DNA of 64,000 bases from a bacterium. Its GTDB lineage: Bacteria > Oederibacteriota > PGYV01. The stretch spans positions 2,474 to 66,473 of the forward strand of contig JAKQNO010000123.1 in the NCBI GenBank assembly GCA_029565735.1, written 5' to 3'. A program made the position numbers and the translations under genes. The notes under the pieces are model-generated. The model saw only the letters and a program-made list of their open reading frames with translations. It ran no database searches and was not told the origin of the DNA. This document shows positions 52,457 to 63,200 of this stretch, piece by piece (the first letter of the stretch is position 1; every line of letters starts with the position of its first letter).

Positions 52457-54034
52457 TCAGCCTTTTGCCTTTGACTTTTGATTTTTCTCCTTCTCTTCTT
52501 CGCTTTGTATCCTTGGGAAAAGCGGGTCGCCCTTGGACACCTTTGTGCCTTCTTTCAAAAGCCCAAACTGCATTTCCTTTTCAAGGTCCAGGCTTTTCAT
52601 GTCATACGCCGTGCCCAGCTTTACCCATATTTTTTCCGCGGTTGCCGGCATTACAGGCGCTATCGCAAGCGACGTCAGCCTTATTGCTTCCAGCAGAAGA
52701 TAAAGCACGTTTTCAAGCGCCGCTTTCTGCCCGTTCTTAAAAAGGTTCCACGGCGTGGACAGGTCAATTAACTTATTGGACATGCCTATAATTTTCCACG
52801 TTTCCTTTAAAGCTTCGGAAAAATTCATGGCTTCCATCGCGCTTTCATACTTTTTCCACAGCGCTTTTTCCTGCGCCGCAAGGTTTTTCATATTATCATC
52901 GGCTTCACTTTCGTCATATTTACCGGATAGCCCTTCGCTGTATTTTTCAACCATATTAAGGGAACGGTTAATCAGGTTGCCAAGATCATTGGCAAGGTTG
53001 GTATTGAAGCTTAACTTAACCGCGTCTTCGTTAAAATCGCCGTCTTCGCCGTTTACAACATCAGCGGCAAAATAGTAGCGTATGGCTTCAGCGCCGTACT
53101 TCTGCGCCATTTCCACCGGGTCAACAACATTGCCGCGCGACTTGCTCATCTTTTCGCCTTTGTTTAAAAGAAATCCGTGGCCGAAAACTTTTTTTGGAAG
53201 TTCCAGCCCTGCCGACATAAGCATTATGGGCCATATGATGCAGTGAAACTTGGTGATGTCCTTGCCTATTATGTGCACATCAGCGGGCCAGTATTTATTA
53301 AATTTCGCGTCATCTGTCGCGAATCCGGCGGATGTGATGTAATTGATAAGGGCGTCAAACCATACATACACAGTCTGTGAAGGGTCAATGGGCAGCGGTA
53401 TGCCCCAGTTAATGCCGGGCCTGGAAACGCTGATATCCCTGAACCCGGACTTTAACATTGCCAGAATCTCGTTTTTTCTTGTGTCAGGTTCAATAAAACC
53501 CGGATTGTCCTCTATGTGTTTTAAAAGCCTGTCTGTGTATTTTGAAATTTTTATAAAATAATTTTCTTCCGTTATCAGGTCCGCCTTGACTTTGTGCGTG
53601 GGGCAGCAGTTGTCTTCGGTAAGGTCGGTCTTGTTGTAGAAAGCCTCGCACGATTTGCAGTACCAGCCTTCATATTTGCCTTTGTAAATATCGCCCGCGT
53701 CATAAATCCTTTTAAACAGCTCTGTCACGGATTTTTTGTGCCGCTCTTCTGTGGTCTGGATAAAATCCGTATTTGTTATTTCATAAAGCGCGCACAAATC
53801 CCTGTAGGCCACAGCCATTTCGTCGCAGTATTGCTTTGGGTCTTTATTTAGTTCTTTGGCTTTTGCCTGCACGTTTAAGCTGTGTTCGTCCGTGCCCGTG
53901 CAGAAAGCCACGTCATAACCGCGCAGCCTTTTATAGCGCGCCATTATGTCAGTTGCCACTTTTTCATATGCGTGGCCCGCGTGCGGCCTTGAATTAGCGT
54001 AATCTATGGCCGTAGTTATGTAAAATTTTTTCAT
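52457..54034 (-). CDS. metG: methionine-tRNA ligase (short form)
   Basis: 525 aa. HIGH-type motif PHAGHAY. KMSKS. Zn knuckle CPTH...CKSC. Confidence 0.9.
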   Translation of the reverse strand: MKKFYITTAIDYANSRPHAGHAYEKVATDIMARYKRLRGYDVAFCTGTDEHSLNVQAKAKELNKDPKQYCDEMAVAYRDLCALYEITNTDFIQTTEERHKKSVTELFKRIYDAGDIYKGKYEGWYCKSCEAFYNKTDLTEDNCCPTHKVKADLITEENYFIKISKYTDRLLKHIEDNPGFIEPDTRKNEILAMLKSGFRDISVSRPGINWGIPLPIDPSQTVYVWFDALINYITSAGFATDDAKFNKYWPADVHIIGKDITKFHCIIWPIMLMSAGLELPKKVFGHGFLLNKGEKMSKSRGNVVDPVEMAQKYGAEAIRYYFAADVVNGEDGDFNEDAVKLSFNTNLANDLGNLINRSLNMVEKYSEGLSGKYDESEADDNMKNLAAQEKALWKKYESAMEAMNFSEALKETWKIIGMSNKLIDLSTPWNLFKNGQKAALENVLYLLLEAIRLTSLAIAPVMPATAEKIWVKLGTAYDMKSLDLEKEMQFGLLKEGTKVSKGDPLFPRIQSEEEKEKNQKSKAKG

Positions 54035-54098
54035 GAACCCTCCGGATAATCGGTAATTTAGCAGTATGGCCCGGCATTAAACAAAAAAACAGTTTGCC

Positions 54099-54830
54099 CT
54101 ATTCCCAGCTTACGTCAGCTTCAGCGTCATCAAGGCTTTTTATCTCTTTTGTATCAACGCCGGAATCGTAATACTGGACAACCGGTTTTACCGGCGCGTC
54201 GTATTTTTCATACGCAAGGCAGCACAAAAGCCTTCCGCAGACGCCTGATATTTTGGTCGGATTAAGGGGAAGCCCCTGGACTTTGGCCATCTTTATGGTT
54301 ATAGGCGAGAATGATTTAAGATACTGCTTGCAGCAGCAGACTCTTCCGCATATGCCTACGCCGCCTATCTTTTTTGCGTATTCCCTGCGGCTTATCTGCC
54401 TTAATTCTATCTTTACGCGCAGCGTTTTGACAAGGTCCTTTAAAAGTTCCCTGAAATCCACCCTGTTTTCCGCGACAAAAAAGAACACAACCTTTTTTAA
54501 GTCATCGGTATATGTGACTTCGGTCAGTTTCATCGGAAGCCTGCGGTTTTCTATCCTTTTGGCGCAGAACTCTTTTGCCTTTTCTTCCATGCGCTTTTTT
54601 TTCTGCTCAAAAAGTTCCTGTTTGTCTGTAAGGTATTTAATAACCCTTCTTACAGGCGCGTAGACTTTGTCAGGCTCTATAAAAAAGTTCGCAAGCGAAA
54701 CTTCGGCTTCTTTTTCGCCGTCAATAGTCTCTACCAGGCACTTTTCGCCTTTTTCAAGCTGAAGTTTGCTTGGATTATAATAATATATCTTTTCGTCTTC
54801 CTTAAATTTTACGCCTACAATTTCAATCAT
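54099..54830 (-). CDS. ricT: PSP1-domain protein RicT/YaaT
   Basis: 243 aa. Cys cluster GICGRVCCC...CGRLLCCL. Conserved position downstream of holB-tmk. Confidence 0.8.
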   Translation of the reverse strand: MIEIVGVKFKEDEKIYYYNPSKLQLEKGEKCLVETIDGEKEAEVSLANFFIEPDKVYAPVRRVIKYLTDKQELFEQKKKRMEEKAKEFCAKRIENRRLPMKLTEVTYTDDLKKVVFFFVAENRVDFRELLKDLVKTLRVKIELRQISRREYAKKIGGVGICGRVCCCKQYLKSFSPITIKMAKVQGLPLNPTKISGVCGRLLCCLAYEKYDAPVKPVVQYYDSGVDTKEIKSLDDAEADVSWE

Positions 54831-55896
54831 TTCTTAAACCTTCCTTTCGAATGCCGAAAAACAGCCCTGAAAAAAGAAGACCGGTATTGGCGTTGGCCAA
54901 AAGGTCCCGCTGCGCCGACTCTATAAGCCCTATTATATTGACTATCTTTTTTTCGCTTAATTCACGGATTTCCGAAGAATTAATGGAATATTTCTGCTTC
55001 ATAACGTCCTTTACCCCGGCTTTGGCCAGCAGTAAATCTTTATAAATATATGATAATATCTTTAAAATATCAAGGAAAAAAACCTTTGGGCTGCCGTCTT
55101 TATCGTCTTTTTTGGCCTTTTTGGCGGTTTCAAGCTCCTGAATCTTGTTAAATATCCCCTCTATATTGTCAGTTTTGCCCGATATAATACGTGCTATAGA
55201 GGCAGCGGCCGCGACTTTTTCCTTGATACCTTCATAGTCAAAAGCATCGCCTATCCTGCCGTCGCAGAACATTACGGCTTCTTCCAGTTTTTCGCCGGCA
55301 AGCTCCGGCTTTACTGTTTTCAGCTTTGCCCTTATTTCATTAACCGGAGCCCTTTTAATTTCCACCCTGTGGCACCTTGAAATTATTGTGGGAAGCATTT
55401 TTTCCTGATTATTCACAATAAGAATTATAACCGCGTTTTCATTGGGTTCTTCCAGTTCCTTTAAAATGGCGTTGGCCGCCACATTGTTCATTTTTTCCGC
55501 GTCATTTATTATCACTATTTTCTTTTTAAGTTTTATCGCCCTGTACGCGTTAATTTCCTGCAGCTTATCAAGAACCATGTCAATTACGATGTTCACCTTT
55601 TCCGTGTTTATGTACAGAACATCCGGATGCGGGTTTAACTGCATGCCTTCTTCATCAAGCTCCGTAAATACCCTGTCTATCAGCCTGCAATTCGGGCAGA
55701 CGCCGCAGCTGTCCGAATCAGGAAGCGGGGTTTCACAGTTTAACGCTTTGGCAAACTGTATTGCCGAATATTTTTTGCCTGTGTTTTCCTCGCCGGTAAA
55801 CATATAAGAAGTGCCCGTCTTCGGGGATTTTACGTACGAAAGAAGGGTGTTTTTTGCAAGTCCGTTGCCGGCGATATCTTTAACAGCCATTAACAA
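54823..55896 (-). CDS. holB: DNA polymerase III delta-prime subunit
   Basis: 357 aa. AAA+ P-loop GEENTGK. Cys4 zinc module CETPLPDSDSCGVCPNC. Confidence 0.8.
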   Translation of the reverse strand: MLMAVKDIAGNGLAKNTLLSYVKSPKTGTSYMFTGEENTGKKYSAIQFAKALNCETPLPDSDSCGVCPNCRLIDRVFTELDEEGMQLNPHPDVLYINTEKVNIVIDMVLDKLQEINAYRAIKLKKKIVIINDAEKMNNVAANAILKELEEPNENAVIILIVNNQEKMLPTIISRCHRVEIKRAPVNEIRAKLKTVKPELAGEKLEEAVMFCDGRIGDAFDYEGIKEKVAAAASIARIISGKTDNIEGIFNKIQELETAKKAKKDDKDGSPKVFFLDILKILSYIYKDLLLAKAGVKDVMKQKYSINSSEIRELSEKKIVNIIGLIESAQRDLLANANTGLLFSGLFFGIRKEGLRND

Positions 55897-56543
55897 ACCC
55901 TCTTTTTACAAAGAAGTTTTATGGTTTCATTAAAAATTTCTTCTTTAGATTTGCCGTCTGTCTTTATCAGATAAATGGATTTATTGTTTGCGGCTTCAGC
56001 AAGATAACCAGCCCTTACTTTTTTATGAAACGCCGCGGCTTCCGCGTCCAGCCTGTCGTGTTTTTCCCTTTTGCTCAGCCGTATTGCCGCCTCTTTTTCC
56101 GTCACGTCAAAAACAACCGTCATAAATACCTTTACCCCTTTTGCGACATAATCATTCAGAATCTTAATCTGTTTTTTATCCAGGCCGCGCGCATAGCCCT
56201 GATAAACAAGGGTGGAAAGGCTGAAACGGTCAAGTATTACTGTGGCGCCGCCGTCCAGAAGCGGTTTTAATTTTTCCTCTATTATCTGCGCCCTGCTGGC
56301 TATATATAACAGCAGTTCTGTCTTTTTTGTCATAGCTTTATGGGCAGGGTCAAGTATTATGGCGCGTATTTTTTCCGAAATCACATTGCCGCCCGGCTCC
56401 CTTAAAAGCACGGTTTTGATACCGCGGCCTTTTAAATATTCAAAGGCCATCTGCGCCTGCGTGGACTTCCCGCACCCTTCCGGCCCTTCAAAAACTATCA
56501 GTTTCCCTTTCATTTTTGCTCCTGTTTTTGCTTTTCTTTGCAA
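55890..56543 (-). CDS. tmk: thymidylate kinase
   Basis: 217 aa. P-loop FEGPEGCGKST. Confidence 0.9.
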   Translation of the reverse strand: MQRKAKTGAKMKGKLIVFEGPEGCGKSTQAQMAFEYLKGRGIKTVLLREPGGNVISEKIRAIILDPAHKAMTKKTELLLYIASRAQIIEEKLKPLLDGGATVILDRFSLSTLVYQGYARGLDKKQIKILNDYVAKGVKVFMTVVFDVTEKEAAIRLSKREKHDRLDAEAAAFHKKVRAGYLAEAANNKSIYLIKTDGKSKEEIFNETIKLLCKKRVC

Positions 56544-56680
56544 ATCCGGTTTTACAAGTATATCACGGTTGGCTTATATTTTAAACCCGTGAATACATAC
56601 ACTATGGCAGGCAGATTTCGGCGCTGATATAATTCAATTTCAATCAGTTATTATTTTATAGAATGTTTACTAATTTAAAA

Positions 56681-57250
56681 CTACTGAAGGATATAAGAAT
56701 TTTCTATTGTCGTAATGCCTGTTTTTGTATGGTATTTTTCGGTTATCCTTGCAGGGTATTCCGCCCCTTTGGATTTTGTATAACCGTCTATCTTAAACTC
56801 ATAAGATTTATTGCCTTTGGCATCATAAAATCTCATACTTTCTATCTTTTTATCCTTTACAATTATTCTTATCTGCGGGTACGCAATTTTCTGCCCTTTT
56901 GGAATTGCCGTTATTTCTTCCGCCCCCATTTTTATACGTTCATCTTTGATTTTCACTGATAAGACATAATTTTTAAAATAATTTTCTGCGTCAAAATAGC
57001 AGGCAGGTTCATTACCGGCAGCTTGTCCCGGCTCTTTGACAGCAGCACTTACAGCGGTTTTTTTTACGTTTTCTTTCACCTTACCGATATTATCTTTTAC
57101 TGTTTTTGCACTTTCACGCTTTAAAATAATTCCGCTTACTGCCCTGCCGTTAGCATATGCCTGTTCCATAATCTGTTCAGCCGTCTGCCCTGACATAACC
57201 ACATTTACCGATGTAAAAACCATAATTAATAACATTATTGTTTTTTTCAT
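56681..57250 (-). CDS. hypothetical secreted protein (possible LolA-like fold), co-transcribed with the giant surface protein
   Basis: 189 aa with signal peptide. Starts 5 nt after the stop of the upstream giant ORF. Confidence 0.5.
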   Translation of the reverse strand: MKKTIMLLIMVFTSVNVVMSGQTAEQIMEQAYANGRAVSGIILKRESAKTVKDNIGKVKENVKKTAVSAAVKEPGQAAGNEPACYFDAENYFKNYVLSVKIKDERIKMGAEEITAIPKGQKIAYPQIRIIVKDKKIESMRFYDAKGNKSYEFKIDGYTKSKGAEYPARITEKYHTKTGITTIENSYILQ

Positions 57251-57254
57251 ATTT

Positions 57255-60200
57255 TCACCTTATCACAGCGATTTTTTTAGTAATTATTTTTTCAGGTGTT
57301 ATGACCTTTAAAATATATATCCCGTTTGCCGCCTGTCTTCCCGTGCTGTTTTTTAAATCCCACCTTATGGTATTTATGCCCGGCCTTGTATCTGCCGCGG
57401 CATATTCCTGAACAAATACCTTTTTACCTGTGATATCAAAAATAACAATTGAAATATCTGTTTTTTTATCAAGAGAGAACCGTATAGTGGTATTTTCAGA
57501 ACACGGATTTGGATAATTGTACGTATTTGCGCCGCTTATACCCTCAAACTCCTCTGTTTTTAAATACTTGCTTATGCTCAATATTCCCATCCCCGGCTCG
57601 CTTCCCCACACCTTTACGCCGTCAACATATACGGTTACTTTATCCCATGACGTGTAATTTGTGCTGTTTAAGAAACTGTGGTCATTTCCCTGATTATACG
57701 CGCTCCAGTCCGCCTTGTTAAACCTTGTCTGAATTTCCGCGTATTCCCCGCTTTGCAGCACACCTGCCCCGGATGCAAAGGAAATCTTTAAGTATCTGTC
57801 CTGATAATCAGCAAAACTGCCGCTTATTATTTCAAGCGCAGTGTAATCGGCTATTACAGTGCCTGAAGGCTGTTTGGCAACATAATCTTTCCATGCCTGT
57901 TCCGTTGTATAATCCCCGTCAAATTTATACCAGTACCTTATCTCTACCCTGCTTAAATCAATTGCCCCGCCGTCATTATATAACCTGAAATTCGGATGCG
58001 GAGAATTGGTATTAAGGTTTATATCTGTGGATTTATTTTCAATTCTTAAAGCAACAGCAGGCGGCGTCATTGTAATTGTTGCCGTGAATACTGCCTGCAA
58101 TGTATGTGTTTCCGTACACGTTTCCGTTACAGTTGGTGTTGCTGTGCAGGTTGCCGTGTCAGTCTGCGTTGCTGTAACAGTATGCGTTTTGGTAACACTG
58201 TCAGTAACCGTCATTGTGGATGTACCTGTTTCTGTTATTGTTTCTGTCGCGGTAAAGCTTACGGTGAACGTTTCAGTACAACTTGCTGTCTCTGTTTTCG
58301 TTGATGTAACTTCCGGCGTTACAGTCTGCGTTTCAGACGGGGTAATAACAGCCGTCGGCGTGCATTCTGTCGGCTCTATGCCCCACGCAATAACGCCGTT
58401 AATATATACCGTTATCTTATCCCATACCGAATAATTTGAAACAGCCCCGAAACTATAGTCGTTTTCCTGATTATACGCGCTCCAGTCCTGCTTATTAAAC
58501 CTTGTGTTCACATCCACATAACCATTTTGCACAAGAGTTCCACAGGAACCGCTGAATAAAACGCTGAAATACCTGTCCTGTCCGCAGCCTTGGTTTGCAG
58601 GGGTAATCAGAGCGGACGTATTTGCGGCAATATTTTCTCCGCCTGGCAGTTTGTTTGCCGAATCAATCAGCGCGGTTTCTGAACCTGCCAATCCGTCATA
58701 TTTATACCAGTACCTTATTTCCACCGCGCTTAAATCCAGAGCCCTTGAATCATTATTTACAAGCCTGAACTGCGGATGCGGTGAATTTGTTTCCGCGGAA
58801 ACATTATCCGTTTTAAACAGCAGTGTTATGTCCATAACAGCCGTGGATGTCTGTGTTACTGTCTCAGTTGCCGTCACCGTAGATGTCTCTGTTATTGTAT
58901 TTGTTTCTGTGATTGTTGCGGTTTGTGTAATCGTTGGCGTATCCGTAATTGTAGGCGTTCCATATAAGAAAATTACCGGATTTGACGGTACGCTTTCCTG
59001 GTCATACTCATCTATCGCGGTTATTATAAATGTATATTCAACGCCGGCAGTCAATCCCGTTACAGTATATGTATTTCCTGTCACAGGCTCGTCGTCATTC
59101 AGCCTTATATAAGGATTATTCAGCATATAGACATTTGCTTTGATTGTATCCATATCCCATACCAGCACTACAGTCCCATCCGGGGATACCGACGCGGTTG
59201 CGTTCTGCGGCGGCAGCGGGTCGGGCGGGGCTATGGCAACCGGCGTTGTTACCGCAAGGCAGGATATTGAACTGCCTACATTAAAATACGCCCTGTTATT
59301 TGCCACTGCCACGTGTGTTTTCTGGCCTTCAGTAAATATTCTGGATAATGTGCCGTTGGTGCCTTTCTGCAGAATATAAAATTCATGGTCTGTCCCAAAA
59401 TAAACCTTTCCAAGCGAATCAACAACAATATCAGATGTGATATCTGCCGCTATATCCGGCTCTGTGCCTGCCTCATAATAACCGGTGAAGTAACGCAGGA
59501 TTGAATGGTTATTTGAGCCGTCATAATTATAGCTGAAAAGCCCGGCCAAATCATTACCTTCATAATTTGAAGGATTGAATTCACCGGTTACATTTTCAAG
59601 ATACCATGGTACCACATTCCCTGCGTAAAACAGTTCGCCTGTATCTTTGTATATTGCGCCTAACGGCGGAATAATATCATCAATTCCTCCGGAATACACA
59701 TATCCCGTATTAATTACGTCAAGAATACCGCCTGTCAAATCCCTGTTTATTAAGATATATACATATGCTTCAGATGTGTCTCTTGTATGGACAAAAATAC
59801 GGTTCCGTTGTTCATCTATAAGAAACTCTGCATACATAGAATAATCTATCCCCAAATCCATTTCCGTCCTTGAATCCAAATCACCATTGCTGTTATACCG
59901 TACAATCTTAAGCCCTTCAGGCGCGTTTGTTCCCACATTTATCATCGGTTCGGCAAAATACACATAACCCGCACTGTCAATTGCCGCGTCATATCCCGAC
60001 ATCCTTGTAAATAAATGCGTGCCCAGCGTTTTCCCCTGCCATTCATCCGTCGGCGGCAATGTGCCGTTATCTTTAAACTTTCTTAGCCCCGCGTCTATTG
60101 AAGATACATAAACATAACCCGGATAATCCACCTGAATGTTATGGGTTACAAAAAGCCCGCTGTAATCCCATTGCAGGTTATATTCCCAGACATCGGCGCC

Positions 60201-63200
60201 ATCAGCCCTGTTTATGGCTTTAACTCCATAAAACTCGCTGCTATGTTCGCCATAATACAGGTGGTTATTCATGCCAAGGGCTATGCTTGAATAACCGTCT
60301 TTTACAGTTACAAAATCACTGGTTCCATCAGGGGCTATTCTGTATATTTTTGAAGTATCAGCTACCGTATGAAAATAAACATTATTTTCATTGTCCACGA
60401 CAATATTACCAAGCGGCGGGCTGTCAGGCACAATAAAGTTCCAGACATTATTTAACGCGTCAACAGGCCCCGGTATGGCGCTATATCCCGTATGCTGCGA
60501 ATCAAACCCCGTCTGCGGCCACGCTATTTCTAAATGGTCAGGTGTATTGGTCGGCGTCAGCGTGTATGTTAGGGTAATAGTTTCTGTTGATGTAATAGTT
60601 ACCGTATATGTATTCTCCGGCGTGCACGTTTCCGTAACCGTGGATGTTTGTGTGCCTGTAGTTGTTTCTGTAATGGTTTCTGTGCCTGTTTCCGTTGCAG
60701 TTTGTGTCGCAGTTTCAGTAACAGTATCCGTCATTGAGGATGTAGCCGTTCCAGTGACAGTTTCAGTAATTGTCGAAGATATAGTTTCTGTGCAAGTCTC
60801 AGTTGCTGTCTCAGTAACTGTTTCTGTTGCCGTTTCAGTGACAGTTTCCTTAGCAGTTTCAGTTATAGTAGAAGTCGTGGTTTCTGTAGAAGTTTCTGTT
60901 ATTGTCTGTGTCAGCGTTTCAGTGTGGGATTGCGTACCCGTTTCTGTAATTGTCGCCGTTTCAGTTTCCGTAACAGTATTTGTCATTGTCTCCGTTATTG
61001 TTTCCGTAACCGTGCTCGTCGCCGTCTCCGTTACAGTCTCTGTCATTGTCTGCGTTATAGTTTCTGTGGCGCTTTGCGTATTTGTCCCGGTTATGGTCAG
61101 CGTAGGCGTAAATGTATATATAGCCAGGTGCCCTGTGTGTACTTCTACCCAGTCCGCAGATGCCGATGCTTCATAATTGCCTTCTTCTTTAATAACGCAC
61201 AATCCTGCCGTCGTATATGCGCCGTATTCAGTGTCATTCCCCGTAACCGCCACAGTCATAATTTCAATATGATTGCCCGTATATAACACCGCGGATAAAC
61301 CGCCCCCGTCATAAACCATCTGTACCAGATAATACTGCGCGATATCAAATCCTGGTATGTCGGTTTCTGACAGAATCGAATTATCACCTTTTATAATCCG
61401 CAGTTTGCCGTTGCCTGTCACAAGCGCGGCATATCCTTCGTTAGACTGGCTTCCGCCCTTGATGGAAACGCCTGCAGATGTATATGCAGAACCAAGTTTT
61501 ATCTTTGCCGTCGCTTCTCCGTCCGTTATGCCGGCTTCCCTTACAACAAGGCATCTTGATTCATAATCGTAGCTCCCGGTGTATTCAAAACCTATCTCAG
61601 TCCCGGTTTCTGTTATATCCCAATAGCCTCCAAAAACCTTAATCCAGTAATTTTCCCAGCTGTTATCATCAAAATGGTCAAATACAAGCATATCACCGGG
61701 ATAAGGCGTTAAAGTTACAGTAGGCGTATTTGAAGTTGTACCTGTCGCGGTAGCCGTTTCAGTCACCTGGGTTGTGCTTGTCCTTGTGGGTGTTGCTGTT
61801 TGGCTTACGGTAAAAGTGCCGTTTATTATATATGTTTCAGTAATTGACCATGTGGGAGTTATCGTCAGCGTTTCTGTAGCGGTTTCTGTAACCGTCGGCG
61901 AAGGCGTATCAGTCATAGTGTAAGAAGGCGTCCTTGTAAAAGTTAATGACCATGTCATTGTAATAGTTTCAGTTAAGGTCTGTGACTGCGTTTCTGTCAG
62001 CGTTAAAGTGGCTGTTCCCGTTTCCGAAGGGGTAAAAATAACCTTTGAATTATTATGAACCTGAATCCAGTCAGCCTGCACGCTTCCCGTTAACGCCCCT
62101 TCGCCTTTGCCGGCATATATTCCGGCATAAGTATTATTTAAGAAACTTTCCGTCGTGATTGAAAGCGTTGTTAAAAACGTATATGAATCATCATAAAAAT
62201 CCGCTTTAATCAAAGCCCCTTCCGCTTTTATATGGACAATAAAATACATATTCCGCTCAAAAGTAACAGAAGATACAGCCCTTTCAGTTGTGGTATATGA
62301 CAATGACCTTGATCTTAATTCAAAATAACCGTCTTCATTTAAAAACGCGGCAATGCCGGTATGTATTTCCCCTGAAACGCCCGAATTTCTTACAATTACG
62401 CCCGCTTCCGAAAATTCAGTACTTGCCCTTACCCTTGCTATTATTTGGATATCAGATGAACTAAAATTCTTAATTAATTCCGCGTGTTCAGAAATATCCG
62501 CCCTTTGGTTTATATAATCAAAAACAGCATCTGTTCCGCTCTCATTTATTTCCCACGCCGCAAAATAAACCTGCTTTGTCCATCCGCTTATGTCCGCGTC
62601 ATCAAAGTGGTCATAACACAGCATATTTTCAGGTGTTTCAGTTGACGTAATGGTTATTGTTGGCGTTGCCGTAACAGTGGGTGTTATACTTGCGGTAAAA
62701 GTGGTTGTCGGCGTATACACAGGCTGAACAGAAGTATAAGCGCCAAAATATTCAAAATCTGCGGTTCCGGAACTTAATCCCTGAGTAATCATAAACATTG
62801 AATATTTTGTATTTGCTGTATAAGTATAAGCAGAATCCGTATATTTAACTTCTTCTATCAGTACACCTGAAGTGGTATAAAACGAAGCTGTGAAAGTATT
62901 ATCATTTCTTTTGAAACTTATTAAATAATACTGCCCCTGCTGATAAGATACATTTGTATCCTGAACAATCACATCTCCCTTTCTTATTACAAAATCGCCG
63001 TCCTTAGACAGCGAAGCAGAATACCCGGTACCAAAAGTATCCCCGCAAAGAATTAAACCGGCTTCTGTAGAAGATGTGTTAACTTTAACAAGAGCCTTGA
63101 TTTCTACAACATCACTTGAACCACGGTCTCTGGATATTCCGCACTTCCTTACAAAATTCATATAATAGAAATTATCAGTTAACTGGAATCTAATTTGTGA

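Noticed and set aside
60391-61176. 261-aa plus-strand ORF rich in Val/Ser (also 58006-58434 and 58651-59112)
   Set aside because: They are an antisense artefact of the ACNGTN codon repeats that encode the Thr-rich linkers of the giant surface protein.
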